Shown here piece by piece: positions 1-9,204 of a stretch of 64,000 nt of DNA; the first letter of the stretch is position 1; each line of letters starts with the position of its first letter. The position numbers and the translations under genes are program-made. Source of the stretch: Gemmatimonadota bacterium (GTDB taxonomy: Bacteria; Gemmatimonadota; Gemmatimonadetes; Gemmatimonadales; GWC2-71-9); contig QHUK01000010.1 in NCBI GenBank assembly GCA_003222085.1, positions 3,688 through 67,687 of the forward strand, read 5' to 3'. Below the pieces are notes generated by a model. It did not search any database. It was given only the letters and a program-made list of their open reading frames with translations, and had not been told where the DNA came from.

Positions 1-1473
1 CAGGCGCTAGGCGAGCTCGCCGGGGCCGAGGGGGCGCTCGCACGACGTTTGTTCGCGGCAGCCGTCAGTGCGCTCGAGCGGCGTGCCGCCGAGCTGGTCG
101 CCGCGGGCAAGGATCGCGATCTGTTCGGACGGCGCCGCGGGCTCCGGCCGGACGAGCGCGCGCTGCTCCGGCGGGTGCGCGCCAGTCGCCGCGAGCTCCG
201 TGCGGCCGCGCGCCGCCTCTCCCGTGAGGGTGGTGCCCCGTTCTTCGCGTTCGAATCGCACTTCGCCGACATCCTGGCACGCGGCGGGTTCGACCTCGTC
301 GCGGGGAACCCGCCCTGGGTCCGCGGCGAGCGCGTGCCCGCCCAGGTGCGGGAGACGCTGGCGACGCGCTATGCCACGTGGCGGCCGGCGCGCGGGCGCG
401 GGTTTGCGCACCTGCCCGACCTCGCGGTCGCGTTCGTGGAGCGCGCGCTCGAGCTCGTCGCTCCCGGTGGTGCGGCGGCGCTCCTCGTCCCCGCGAAGCT
501 GGCCTCGAGCGGCTACGCAGAGCCGTTGCGGCGGCGGCTCGTCGCAAGCACGCGCCTCGAGCGGGTGGCGCCGGTCGACCAGGCGGGAGCCTTCGGCGGG
601 GGAGCCGCGGTTTACCCCATGGCGCTCGTGGCTGCGCGGATCGAGCCGACCGGCCGCGAGCGCGTGGCCACTGCCCTCGGGCCCAAGACCCGAGCCCGGG
701 AGATGCCGCAGCGCGCCCTCGCGACCGACGGGCCCTGGATCCTTGGAGGAGGGGCCACACGGGTCACGCGTCACCTGCGAGCCGTGTGTCCAACGGTGGG
801 CGATCGCTGGACGCCGCAGCTCGGTGTGAAGACCGGAGCGGACGACGTGTTCCTGGTCGCGCGACCGGGACCGGGGACCCGGCCCGTCGTCCGGGGCCGG
901 GACCTGGGGCCGTGGCGCGCGACGCCGCGTGCCCACGTCTTGTGGACCCACGGACCCGACGGCCGGCCGCTCGCCCGCCTCCCGGCCGAGCTGGCCCGCG
1001 CGCTGGATCTACATCTCGATCGCCTGCGCCGTCGCAGCGACTACCGCGGCGGTCCGGCCTGGCAACTGTACCGGCTCGCCCTGGCGGACGCTCCACACCG
1101 GGTGATCTGGCCCGACCTCGCCCGGCGACTCGCCGCCGTCGTTCCCGACGCCGGGGTGGTTCCCCTGAACACCGTCTACGGGATCGCGACCCGCGTCGCG
1201 GACGACGCGTACGCGCTGGCCGCACTGCTGAACTCGCGTTGGCTCACGGCGCTCGCGCGGCTCTATGCCGATCCCGCCCGAGGTGGCTTCCGGCGGTTCA
1301 ACGCGCGCGTCGTCCGGTCACTGCCGCTTCCGCCCACGGGGGCGACGGCCTGGCGCAGCCTCGCGGACCAAGGCCGCGTGCACGTCTCGGACGACGACGC
1401 CATTGCCGACATCTACCAGCTCGACGCCGCGGACCGCCGTGCACTGGATGCATCCGCCACGGATCCTCTCTGA
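1..1473 (+). CDS. N6-adenine DNA methyltransferase, Eco57I/TaqI-like gamma class (5' end lies outside the window)
   Basis: The frame is open from nt 1, with no stop upstream of the listed start at 49. It carries catalytic motif IV 'DLVAGNPPW'. The C-terminal 'GVKTGADDVFLV' region resembles a TaqI-type target-recognition domain. The stop is at 1471-1473. Confidence 0.75.
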   Translation, partial: QALGELAGAEGALARRLFAAAVSALERRAAELVAAGKDRDLFGRRRGLRPDERALLRRVRASRRELRAAARRLSREGGAPFFAFESHFADILARGGFDLVAGNPPWVRGERVPAQVRETLATRYATWRPARGRGFAHLPDLAVAFVERALELVAPGGAAALLVPAKLASSGYAEPLRRRLVASTRLERVAPVDQAGAFGGGAAVYPMALVAARIEPTGRERVATALGPKTRAREMPQRALATDGPWILGGGATRVTRHLRAVCPTVGDRWTPQLGVKTGADDVFLVARPGPGTRPVVRGRDLGPWRATPRAHVLWTHGPDGRPLARLPAELARALDLHLDRLRRRSDYRGGPAWQLYRLALADAPHRVIWPDLARRLAAVVPDAGVVPLNTVYGIATRVADDAYALAALLNSRWLTALARLYADPARGGFRRFNARVVRSLPLPPTGATAWRSLADQGRVHVSDDDAIADIYQLDAADRRALDASATDPL

Positions 1474-3718
1474 GCATCTCGCCCCGCTCTCCGAGCCGCT
1501 CGCCTGCCTCCTCGCGCCGGGGGCGGTCGGCGCGCCGGCGGCGGTCGCGGCGCTCGGGGCGCGCGCGTTGCTCGACCTCACGCCGCTCGCGCTCGAAGGC
1601 GAAGCGCCGTGGCCGGCGTGGCTCGCCCCACACCAGCTCCCCGCCGCCGAGCGGCTCGTCGGCATCGTGGCGCGCTACGGCGGCGCCCTGCTCGCCGACG
1701 CCGTCGGGCTCGGCAAGTCGTACGTTGCGCTCGCAGTCGCCCTCGCCCTCGGCGAGCCGTTCGCGCTCGTCGTGCCAGCAGTATTGGTGGGCCAGTGGCG
1801 CGCGCTCCTCGCGGAGCACGGGACCGAGGCACCTATCCTCACCCATGAGTCGCTGAGTGCACCATCTTACCGCCCTGTACCGCCCTCCGCCGCCCGTTGC
1901 CGCCTCTGGATCATCGACGAAGCGCATCGCTTCAGAAACCCCGACACCAACCGCTACCGCGCGCTCGCGAAGATGCTGGTCGGTGCGCGCGTCCTGCTCG
2001 TCACGGCCACGCCGGTGCACAACCGGATCGCGGACCTGTTCCATTTGTTCCGCCTCTTCCTACGCGACCACGACCTCACGGCTTGGGGCGTGCCCTCCCT
2101 GTGCCGCGCGGCGCGGGGCGACGCCGATCCGCACGCCGTGGCGGCCGTCGCGGCCCGCCTGAGCGTGTCGCGCTCGCGCGAGCGCGTGCACGCGGGCTAC
2201 GGCACCGGGCCGGCCGTGCTCTCTTTCCCAGAGCGGGCCGTAGACGAGGCGATGCGCTTGGGCACGGCGCCCGACGCGGAGCTCCACCAGCTTGTGACGG
2301 GAATCGGTCGGCTCGAAGCGGGCGGCGAGGCGGCGGCGTTGTTTCGCATGCTTCTGCTGTCGCAGCTCGCTTCGAGTCTGCCCGCGTTTCGCGCGAGCCT
2401 CGATCGGTACGAAGCGTTCCTCGAGCTGGGTGTCGCGGCCGCGGCGCAAGGGAGGACGCTCGGACGCCGCGACTTCAGGCGCCTGTTCTCCGCCGGGGCG
2501 GGCGACCTGCAGCTCGCGTTCTTCCCCCTGGTCCTTCCGCCCGGACCCGCCGCCGCGACCGAGCGTGACCGCGATATGGTGCGGCGGCTGCGTGCGCTGG
2601 CTGCGTCACCCCACGATCCCAAGGCGGACGCGCTGGCGCGCCTGCTCGATGGCCGCGCGGCCAAGACGGTCGTCTTCGTCCAGTCCCGCGCCACCGTGCA
2701 TCACCTGGTGCGCCACCTCCGCGGCCACCGCCTGGCGGCGGTGACGGGAGAGCGGGGCTGGTTCGGGAGCGGGCCCGCCGGGCGGGAGGAAGTGCTGCGC
2801 GCATTCGCGCCACAGGCACAGGGCGCTCCACCGCCCGCCCGCGCACTCGAGACCGACGTCCTCGTCGCAACCGATCTCCTGAGTGAAGGCCTCAATCTCC
2901 AGGACGCCTCGCGCGTGATCCATTACGACCTGCCCTGGAGCCCCGCCCGGCTGGAGCAGCGCGTTGGCCGGATCGATCGCGCGGGCTCGCCCCATGGCCG
3001 GATCGAGACCGTTACGTTCCTCCCGCCGCAGTCGCTCGCCGACGCGCTGACGATGGAGCGCCGCCTGATCGCAAAGCGACGCCTGCAAGCCCGGGCCGGC
3101 GCCGGCCCGGACGGGCTCGATTGGTGTGATCGGCTGTACGGTCTCGCCGCCCGGGCCGGGTCTCCCGTCACGCCCGGGGCTTGCGCGGCGGTCCCGTCGA
3201 CCGAGCCCGCGGTCGTGCTGGTGGTCCGCCTCGGTGGTCTGGTGGAGGGGGTGGTGGTGACGGACGCGGGCGCGCGGGCCGATCCCGCTCGCGCTACCCG
3301 ACTCCTCGAGCAGGCGGCCGCAGCGGACCCCGCCCCGTTCGACCGCGCGGCCCTGGAGCGGGGGATCAGACGGGCGGCGCCGCTCCTCCGCGGCCGGCTT
3401 GCGGCGCTCGAGGACGCGCGCTGGCGCGCGGCCCACCGCGACCGCCTCAGTCGCCGGCTCATCCCCTGGGTGCTGGCAGCCGGGCGCCGCGCCGCCACTC
3501 GGCGACGCCACGCCGACCTGGCCCGCCTCGATGCACTCGTGTCACGGCTCGCGCTCGGCATGTCGGCGGGAGAGGAGCTGCTCCTGGAAGAGCTACTGGC
3601 TCGCCGCGGGCCGCTGACGGTACGCGACGTGTTGGCGTGGCACGAGCGCCTGCCGCGGCTCGGCACCGGCGCCGAAGCGCCCCAGGTCGAATTGGTGGCG
3701 GCGATCGTGCTCGGCTGA
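1448..3718 (+). CDS. SNF2-family helicase/ATPase
   Basis: Motif I is 'LADAVGLGKS', motif II is 'IIDEAHRFRN', motif III is 'LLVTATPVHNRIADLFHLF', and motifs V/VI are 'VLVATDLLSEGLNLQDASRVIHYDLPWSPARLEQRVGRIDRAGS'. The first plausible ATG is at 1448 (residue 62 of the listed ORF), which overlaps the MTase stop by 26 nt. Confidence 0.85.
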   Translation: MHPPRILSEHLAPLSEPLACLLAPGAVGAPAAVAALGARALLDLTPLALEGEAPWPAWLAPHQLPAAERLVGIVARYGGALLADAVGLGKSYVALAVALALGEPFALVVPAVLVGQWRALLAEHGTEAPILTHESLSAPSYRPVPPSAARCRLWIIDEAHRFRNPDTNRYRALAKMLVGARVLLVTATPVHNRIADLFHLFRLFLRDHDLTAWGVPSLCRAARGDADPHAVAAVAARLSVSRSRERVHAGYGTGPAVLSFPERAVDEAMRLGTAPDAELHQLVTGIGRLEAGGEAAALFRMLLLSQLASSLPAFRASLDRYEAFLELGVAAAAQGRTLGRRDFRRLFSAGAGDLQLAFFPLVLPPGPAAATERDRDMVRRLRALAASPHDPKADALARLLDGRAAKTVVFVQSRATVHHLVRHLRGHRLAAVTGERGWFGSGPAGREEVLRAFAPQAQGAPPPARALETDVLVATDLLSEGLNLQDASRVIHYDLPWSPARLEQRVGRIDRAGSPHGRIETVTFLPPQSLADALTMERRLIAKRRLQARAGAGPDGLDWCDRLYGLAARAGSPVTPGACAAVPSTEPAVVLVVRLGGLVEGVVVTDAGARADPARATRLLEQAAAADPAPFDRAALERGIRRAAPLLRGRLAALEDARWRAAHRDRLSRRLIPWVLAAGRRAATRRRHADLARLDALVSRLALGMSAGEELLLEELLARRGPLTVRDVLAWHERLPRLGTGAEAPQVELVAAIVLG

Positions 3719-3722
3719 CCGC

Positions 3723-5324
3723 TCACTCGTGATGGAGCATCAACTCCTCATAATCGAGGTCACGCTGGATGCGTCGCATCACGGCGTCACCGATCGCGCC
3801 GTTGTCACGTAATCGGATCAGCTGGCGCCGCTCCACGGCAAGCAGCTCGCGCGCGAGCCGCAGCTGCGCGATGGACTTGGCTTCTATCGGGCCGTCCAGG
3901 ACGCCATCGGCGTGGCCGTGCAGATGGCGGGTGCGGAGGCGGTAACGATCGCGGGAGTGCGACAAGGCGTCCGGGTGCATCCACGACTCGGTCGCGAGCT
4001 CCTCGAGTCGCGCCAGCGCCGCCTCCGAGGCCTCGATGCGCGCCGCGATCTCCTCACGGCGCTCCTCCTCGCCCGTTTCGCGCACGCCCAGCCAGCGCAT
4101 CAGCGGCGCCAGCGTGAAGCCCTGGCCCAGCAGCGTCACGACGATCACGACGAACGTGATCGCGATGACTAGGTCGCGGCCGGGGAATGGCGTACCCGCG
4201 GCGGTCATGGTGGGAATGGCGGCAGCCAGCACCAGGGACTCCGCGCCGCGCAGGCCAGCCCAGGAAACGACTGCCGGAAACTGCCATGGCGGGTACGGGT
4301 CCCGCTTTCGCACACGCGCACTCAGGAACCGAGGGAGGTAGGTCGCGGGGAACACCCACACGAAGCGCGCGACGATGATCGCCAGGCTCACCAGCACCGC
4401 TCCCGACACCAGTTCCCGCGCGAACGGACCGTTCCAGCCCCCGAGAATGGGCCGCAACGCCAGTCCGGTGATGATGAAGATGAGCCCTTCGAGCGCGAAC
4501 ACGACCACATCCCACATACCGACGTTCTGTACGCGCGTGTCCGCCGCCACGAAGCGGGGTCCCACGCGCCCCAAATACAGTCCGGTCGCGACGACCGCCA
4601 GGATGCCGGAGACCCCGAGCCGTTCGGCGGGCAGATACGCCGCGTACCCGGTCAAGAGCGAGATGGTGTTCTCCACCTCGGGATCGTGGATGTGGCGGCG
4701 CACCGCGGCCAGGAGCCACGCCACGGCCAAGCCCACTGCGACCCCGCCCGCACCCACCACGAGGAACCGGCCCGTCGCCGCGGGGAGCGAGAACGACCCC
4801 GTGACCCCAGCGGCGACTGCCATGCGGTACGCGACGATCGCGGCCGCGTCGTTGATCATGCTCTCACCCTCGAGGATGGTCACGAGGCGCCGTGGCAGCG
4901 GCAGCCGGCGCACGAACGCGGTCGCGGCCGCCACGTCCGGCGGCGAGACGACGGCGCCCAGGGCGAAGGCCGATGCCCACGGCAATCCCGGGACCGCGAG
5001 GTGCGCGACCCCGGCGACGACGACCGTCGCGAACAGGACATGCCCGACGCCCAAGAGGAGGATCGGGCGAAGGTTCGCGCGGGCATCGCGGTACGACGCC
5101 AGGAGGGACGCGCGATACAACAGCGGCGGGATGAAGACCAGAAAGACGAGCTGCGGGTCGAACTGCACCGCGGGAAGCCCCGGGAGCAACGCGACCAGCA
5201 CTCCGCCTGCGAGGAGGACCGCGGGCGTGGGAATGCCGAGCCGACGCGCCACCAGTGCCAGGAAGGCGACGCCGACGAGCAGAGTGAGGACGGTTTGGAA
5301 ATTGTGCATGACGGTTGCGCCCAT
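3723..5324 (-). CDS. Na+/H+ antiporter, CPA1 (NhaP-type)
   Basis: The 533 aa polytopic membrane protein has a C-terminal cytoplasmic helical domain and the overall sequence pattern typical of the a_cpa1 family. The ATG at 5324 is preceded by GGAAGG. Confidence 0.8.
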   Translation of the reverse strand: MGATVMHNFQTVLTLLVGVAFLALVARRLGIPTPAVLLAGGVLVALLPGLPAVQFDPQLVFLVFIPPLLYRASLLASYRDARANLRPILLLGVGHVLFATVVVAGVAHLAVPGLPWASAFALGAVVSPPDVAAATAFVRRLPLPRRLVTILEGESMINDAAAIVAYRMAVAAGVTGSFSLPAATGRFLVVGAGGVAVGLAVAWLLAAVRRHIHDPEVENTISLLTGYAAYLPAERLGVSGILAVVATGLYLGRVGPRFVAADTRVQNVGMWDVVVFALEGLIFIITGLALRPILGGWNGPFARELVSGAVLVSLAIIVARFVWVFPATYLPRFLSARVRKRDPYPPWQFPAVVSWAGLRGAESLVLAAAIPTMTAAGTPFPGRDLVIAITFVVIVVTLLGQGFTLAPLMRWLGVRETGEEERREEIAARIEASEAALARLEELATESWMHPDALSHSRDRYRLRTRHLHGHADGVLDGPIEAKSIAQLRLARELLAVERRQLIRLRDNGAIGDAVMRRIQRDLDYEELMLHHE

Positions 5325-5341
5325 CAAAGTTACCTTCCGGC

Positions 5342-5989
5342 GTGTCCCTCTCCACCTTTCTCTTCGACCTCGACGGCACGCTCATCGACTCCATCGAGCT
5401 GATCCTCCGCTCGTACCGCCACACCATGCGCCTGCACCGCGGGCATGAGCCGTCGGACGACGTCTGGATGCAGGGGCTGGGCACGCCGTTGTGGGTGCAG
5501 TTCCGCCACTTCACCGAGGACCCCGCCGAGATCGAGGCCATGGTGGCGACGTACCGCGCCTACAATCTCGCGCACCACGACGAGCTGGTGCGTCCCTATG
5601 CCGGCGTGGTCGAGGCAGTGCTGGCGCTCCGGGACCGGGGGAAGACCCTCGGCCTCGTCACGAGCAAGATGCGGAGCGGCGCCCTCCGCGGGCTCCGCGT
5701 CGCGGGGCTCGAGGACGCCTTCCAGGTGATCGTGGGCGCGGACGAGGTCACCCATCCCAAGCCGCACCCCGAGCCGGTGCTCATGGCACTCGAGCGCCTG
5801 GGCGCGCCTGCTTCAGGCGCGGTGTTCGCGGGCGACTCGCGTCACGACATCGAGTGCGGCCGCGCGGCGGGCGTGAAGACCGCCGCCGTCCTGTGGGGAC
5901 CGTTCGACCGCTCCCACCTCGAGGACCTCGAGCCGGATTACTGGCTGGAACGGCCGGAAGACCTCACTTTACTGGCACCCGACACCTAG
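5342..5989 (+). CDS. HAD-superfamily hydrolase (phosphoglycolate phosphatase / PpaX-like)
   Basis: It has HAD motif I 'FLFDLDGTLIDS', 'LVTSK', and 'FAGDSRHDIECGRAAG'. A GTG at 5342 gives the usual short N-terminus, and the listed ORF start at 5315 is an alternative. Confidence 0.8.
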   Translation: MSLSTFLFDLDGTLIDSIELILRSYRHTMRLHRGHEPSDDVWMQGLGTPLWVQFRHFTEDPAEIEAMVATYRAYNLAHHDELVRPYAGVVEAVLALRDRGKTLGLVTSKMRSGALRGLRVAGLEDAFQVIVGADEVTHPKPHPEPVLMALERLGAPASGAVFAGDSRHDIECGRAAGVKTAAVLWGPFDRSHLEDLEPDYWLERPEDLTLLAPDT

Positions 5990-6010
5990 CACCCGGCACC
6001 TGGAGGTTCT

Positions 6011-7135
6011 TTGCCCTTTGTCCCATTCGAGCTGGAGCGCTGGCAGAGCACCTGGGAGAACCGGGTGCGTTACAACCTGTCCGAGTCGGGGGTGCACCCG
6101 CTCTCGATCCAGGAGTTGCTCGACCTGGCGGGGGCGTCCCCGGCGCCGCTGCTCGACGTCCGGCTCGGCTACAGCCAGTCGAACGGCACCGACCTGCTGC
6201 GCGAGCGGATCGCGGCGCTGTACCAAGGGGTCTCGCCGGAGCAGATCTTGGTCACCACCGGCAGCGCCGAGGCGAACTTCGTCGTCTGCTGGCGGCTGGT
6301 CGAGCCCGGCGACCAGGTCGCCGTGATGCTCCCGAACTACCTCCAGACCTGGGGGCTCGCCCAGAACTTCGGCGCCGTGGTGCGCGGCTTCGCGCTGCGC
6401 GCCGAGGCGGAGTGGGAGCCCTCACCGGAGGACGTGCGGCGCGCCATCGCGCCGGGCACGAAGCTGGTCGTCGTCACCAATCCACATAATCCGACGGGGC
6501 ACGTGCTCTCGCAGGAAATGCGACAGGCCATCGTGGCTCGCGCGGCGGAGGTCGGTGCATGGCTGCTCGCGGATGAGGTCTACCAGGGAGCGGAGCGTGA
6601 CGGCACGACGACGCCGTCGTTCTGGGGCAGCTATGAGCGCGTGATCGTCGTGAACGGCCTCTCGAAGGCGTACGGCCTGCCGGGTCTGCGGATCGGCTGG
6701 GTGCTCGCGCCGCCGGGCTTCGCGGGAGAGGCGTGGGCGCGGCACGACTACACCACGATCGGGCCGGCCGGGGCGAGCGACCATCTCGCCGCCGTGGCGC
6801 TCGAGCCGCGGGTGCGGGAGAAGGTGCTGGCGCGCACGCGCGGCATCCTCCGCGCCAACTATCCGGTGATCGAACAGTGGTTGAAGCGGTTCGGCGATGC
6901 GTTCAGCTGGCACCCGCCGCAGGCGGGGGCGATCTGTCTCGTGCGCTACCGCCAGGCGATCAGCGCCCTCGACCTGGTGGAGAAGATGCGGGCCGAGCAC
7001 GACGTGCTGCTCGTGCCGGGCGACCACTTCGAGCTGCCGAACCACATCCGCTTCGGTTTCGGGGAGGAGCTGCACCACTTCCGGGAAGCGCTCGCCGAGA
7101 CCGAGCGGGGTCTGAAGCGCGTGTTCGCCGATTGA
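6011..7135 (+). CDS. PLP-dependent aminotransferase, class I/II
   Basis: It has 'VVVTNPHNPTG' and the PLP-lysine motif 'NGLSKAYGLPGLRIGW'. The TTG start is preceded by GGAGG. Confidence 0.85.
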   Translation: MPFVPFELERWQSTWENRVRYNLSESGVHPLSIQELLDLAGASPAPLLDVRLGYSQSNGTDLLRERIAALYQGVSPEQILVTTGSAEANFVVCWRLVEPGDQVAVMLPNYLQTWGLAQNFGAVVRGFALRAEAEWEPSPEDVRRAIAPGTKLVVVTNPHNPTGHVLSQEMRQAIVARAAEVGAWLLADEVYQGAERDGTTTPSFWGSYERVIVVNGLSKAYGLPGLRIGWVLAPPGFAGEAWARHDYTTIGPAGASDHLAAVALEPRVREKVLARTRGILRANYPVIEQWLKRFGDAFSWHPPQAGAICLVRYRQAISALDLVEKMRAEHDVLLVPGDHFELPNHIRFGFGEELHHFREALAETERGLKRVFAD

Positions 7136-7136
7136 G

Positions 7137-8084
7137 ATGCGGGTCGTCCCGCTCGAGGCGTTCCGGGACAAGATCCCCTTCGCCGTGGCGATCGCCGCCG
7201 TCGAACAGGGCTTCCGCGCGCTCGGGCGCGGCGAGGCCGCGCTGCCCGACCCGATGGTGCTGGAGCTGCGCGAGCAGCAGGCCGAAGTGCACGTGAAGGG
7301 AGCGCACCTCGCGGGCGCGCGGCACATCGTCCTCAAGGTGGCGACCGGATTCTATCGCAACCGCGCCCGCGGCCTCCCCTCGGGCGACGGCATGTTCCTG
7401 CTGCTCGATGCGGACACCGGGGTCCCCGCCGTGCTGCTCGAGGAGCACGGCTACCTCACCGACTTCCGCACGGCGGCGGCGGTGGCGCTCACGCTCAAGT
7501 ACCTGGCACCCAAGGACGCGCACGACGCGCTGCTCGTGGGCGCGGGTGCGCTCGCCCGGCTCACCGCCCGGGCCATGGTCGCGCAGCTGCCGCTCGCCAG
7601 GCTCACCCTGTGGAATCGCACCCGCGAGCGCGCCGAGGGACTCGCCAGGGAGCTGGCGCAGGTGGTCGACACGCGCATCGCCCCGGCGCTCGAGTCCGCG
7701 GTCCGTGACCACCGAGTGATCGTCACGGCGACGGCCAGCACGACGCCGCTCGTGATGGCCTCGTGGGTGGGGCCCGGCACACACATCACCTCCGTCGGGA
7801 CCGGCAGCCCGGAGAAGATCGAGCTCGAGCCGGCCTTGCTCCGGCGGGCCGACAAGCTCGTCGTCGACCGTGTATTCCAGACCGAGCGCTACGGCAACCT
7901 GCACCACGCCATGGCGGCCGGAATCGTCACGCGCGACAAGGTCTACGCGGAGCTCGGCGACCTCGCCGCCGGCCGGCTCCCCGGACGAGAAAACGCCAGC
8001 GAGATTACCGTCGCGGACTTGACCGGCGTGGGCGTGCAGGATGCCGCGATCGCGCAGGCGGTCGTCGAGGTCCTCGGGCTATGA
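7137..8084 (+). CDS. Ornithine cyclodeaminase / mu-crystallin family protein
   Basis: It has the Rossmann motif 'LLVGAGALARL', a length of about 315 aa, and 'ITSVGTGSPEKIELEP', all typical of the OCD family. It follows the aminotransferase by 1 nt. Confidence 0.8.
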   Translation: MRVVPLEAFRDKIPFAVAIAAVEQGFRALGRGEAALPDPMVLELREQQAEVHVKGAHLAGARHIVLKVATGFYRNRARGLPSGDGMFLLLDADTGVPAVLLEEHGYLTDFRTAAAVALTLKYLAPKDAHDALLVGAGALARLTARAMVAQLPLARLTLWNRTRERAEGLARELAQVVDTRIAPALESAVRDHRVIVTATASTTPLVMASWVGPGTHITSVGTGSPEKIELEPALLRRADKLVVDRVFQTERYGNLHHAMAAGIVTRDKVYAELGDLAAGRLPGRENASEITVADLTGVGVQDAAIAQAVVEVLGL

Positions 8085-8166
8085 GTCATCCGTCGACCGT
8101 CATCTGTCGTCCGTGGGACCGAGAGCAGGGGAAGACACGGATGACGGATGACTGAAGACGGATGAC
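8085..8166. repeat. Long imperfect hairpin built from heptamer arrays (CATCCGT x4 / ACGGATG x4)
   Basis: The left arm is gtcatccgtcgaccgtcatctgtcgtccgtg (8085-8115). The right arm is cacggatgacggatgactgaagacggatgac (8136-8166). The loop is 20 nt. The element exactly fills the gap between the convergent OCD-like and PiT genes. Confidence 0.75.
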
Positions 8167-8169
8167 GTT

Positions 8170-9204
8170 CTAGATCAGCGCACGCAAGACTAGATACGCG
8201 ACGCCGGCGATCCCCGCCGCCGCCGGGATCGTGAGCATCCACGCCCACACGATGCGTCCGGCCAGACCCCACCGTACCGCCGAGAGGCGATGCGCGGCGC
8301 CCACGCCCGAAATCGCGCCGGTGATCGTGTGAGTCGTGCTGACGGGAATACCGAAATGCGAGGCGATGAACAGTGTGATGGCGCCGCTCGTTTCGGCGCA
8401 GAATCCGCCGAACGGCGTGAGCTTCGTGAGCCGCTGTCCCATCGTCTTGACGATGCGCCAGCCGCCGGACATGGTGCCGAGCCCCATGGCCCCGCCGCAG
8501 GCGATGATGACCCACGCCGGCACCACGCCCGCGTCCGTCAGATGCAACGCCGGCACCGGGAAGTCGGTGAGGACCTGCCGCTCGGCGACCAGCAACCCGA
8601 CGATGATCCCCATCGTCTTCTGTGCGTCGTTGGAGCCGTGGCCCAAAGAATACGCGGCCGCCGAGCCCAGCTGCAGCACCCGGAAGACCCGATCCACCCT
8701 GCGCGGTAAGGAGCGGCGCAGCGCCCACGACAGCGCGACCGTGAGCACCAAGGCGAGCGTCAGACCCATCACCGGCGCGACGACGATGAAGGCCAGGGTG
8801 GAGATCCATTTGCCGGGGAAGAGCAGTGCGGCGAAGCCCGCCTTCGCCACGGCGGCCCCGCCATAGCCGCCGATGAGCGCATGGGAGGACGACGTCGGCA
8901 ACCCGAGCCACCATGTGATGAGGTCCCACACGATCGCCCCGAGGAGCCCGGCCAAGATCACGGTCGCGTCGACCACCGCGAGATCCACGAGCCCTTTCCC
9001 CATCGTCTTCGCGACCGCCGTCCCGAAGATAAAGACGGCGATGAAATTGAACGCCGCCGCCCAGACGACCGCCGCGGACGGCGACAGGACCCGGGTCGAA
9101 ACGACCGTGGCAATGGAGTTTGCCGCGTCGTGAAAACCGTTAATGAAATCGAAGGCGAGCGCGACCAACACGATCGCGAGGACGAACCAGACGGTGCTCG
9201 TCAT
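8170..9204 (-). CDS. pit: Inorganic phosphate transporter, PiT family
   Basis: It carries the duplicated PiT signature 'GFHDAANSIATVVSTRVL' and 'GSNDAQKTMGII'. The likely start, MTSTVW at 9204, overlaps the stop of the upstream DUF47 gene (TGATG). Confidence 0.9.
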   Translation of the reverse strand: MTSTVWFVLAIVLVALAFDFINGFHDAANSIATVVSTRVLSPSAAVVWAAAFNFIAVFIFGTAVAKTMGKGLVDLAVVDATVILAGLLGAIVWDLITWWLGLPTSSSHALIGGYGGAAVAKAGFAALLFPGKWISTLAFIVVAPVMGLTLALVLTVALSWALRRSLPRRVDRVFRVLQLGSAAAYSLGHGSNDAQKTMGIIVGLLVAERQVLTDFPVPALHLTDAGVVPAWVIIACGGAMGLGTMSGGWRIVKTMGQRLTKLTPFGGFCAETSGAITLFIASHFGIPVSTTHTITGAISGVGAAHRLSAVRWGLAGRIVWAWMLTIPAAAGIAGVAYLVLRALI

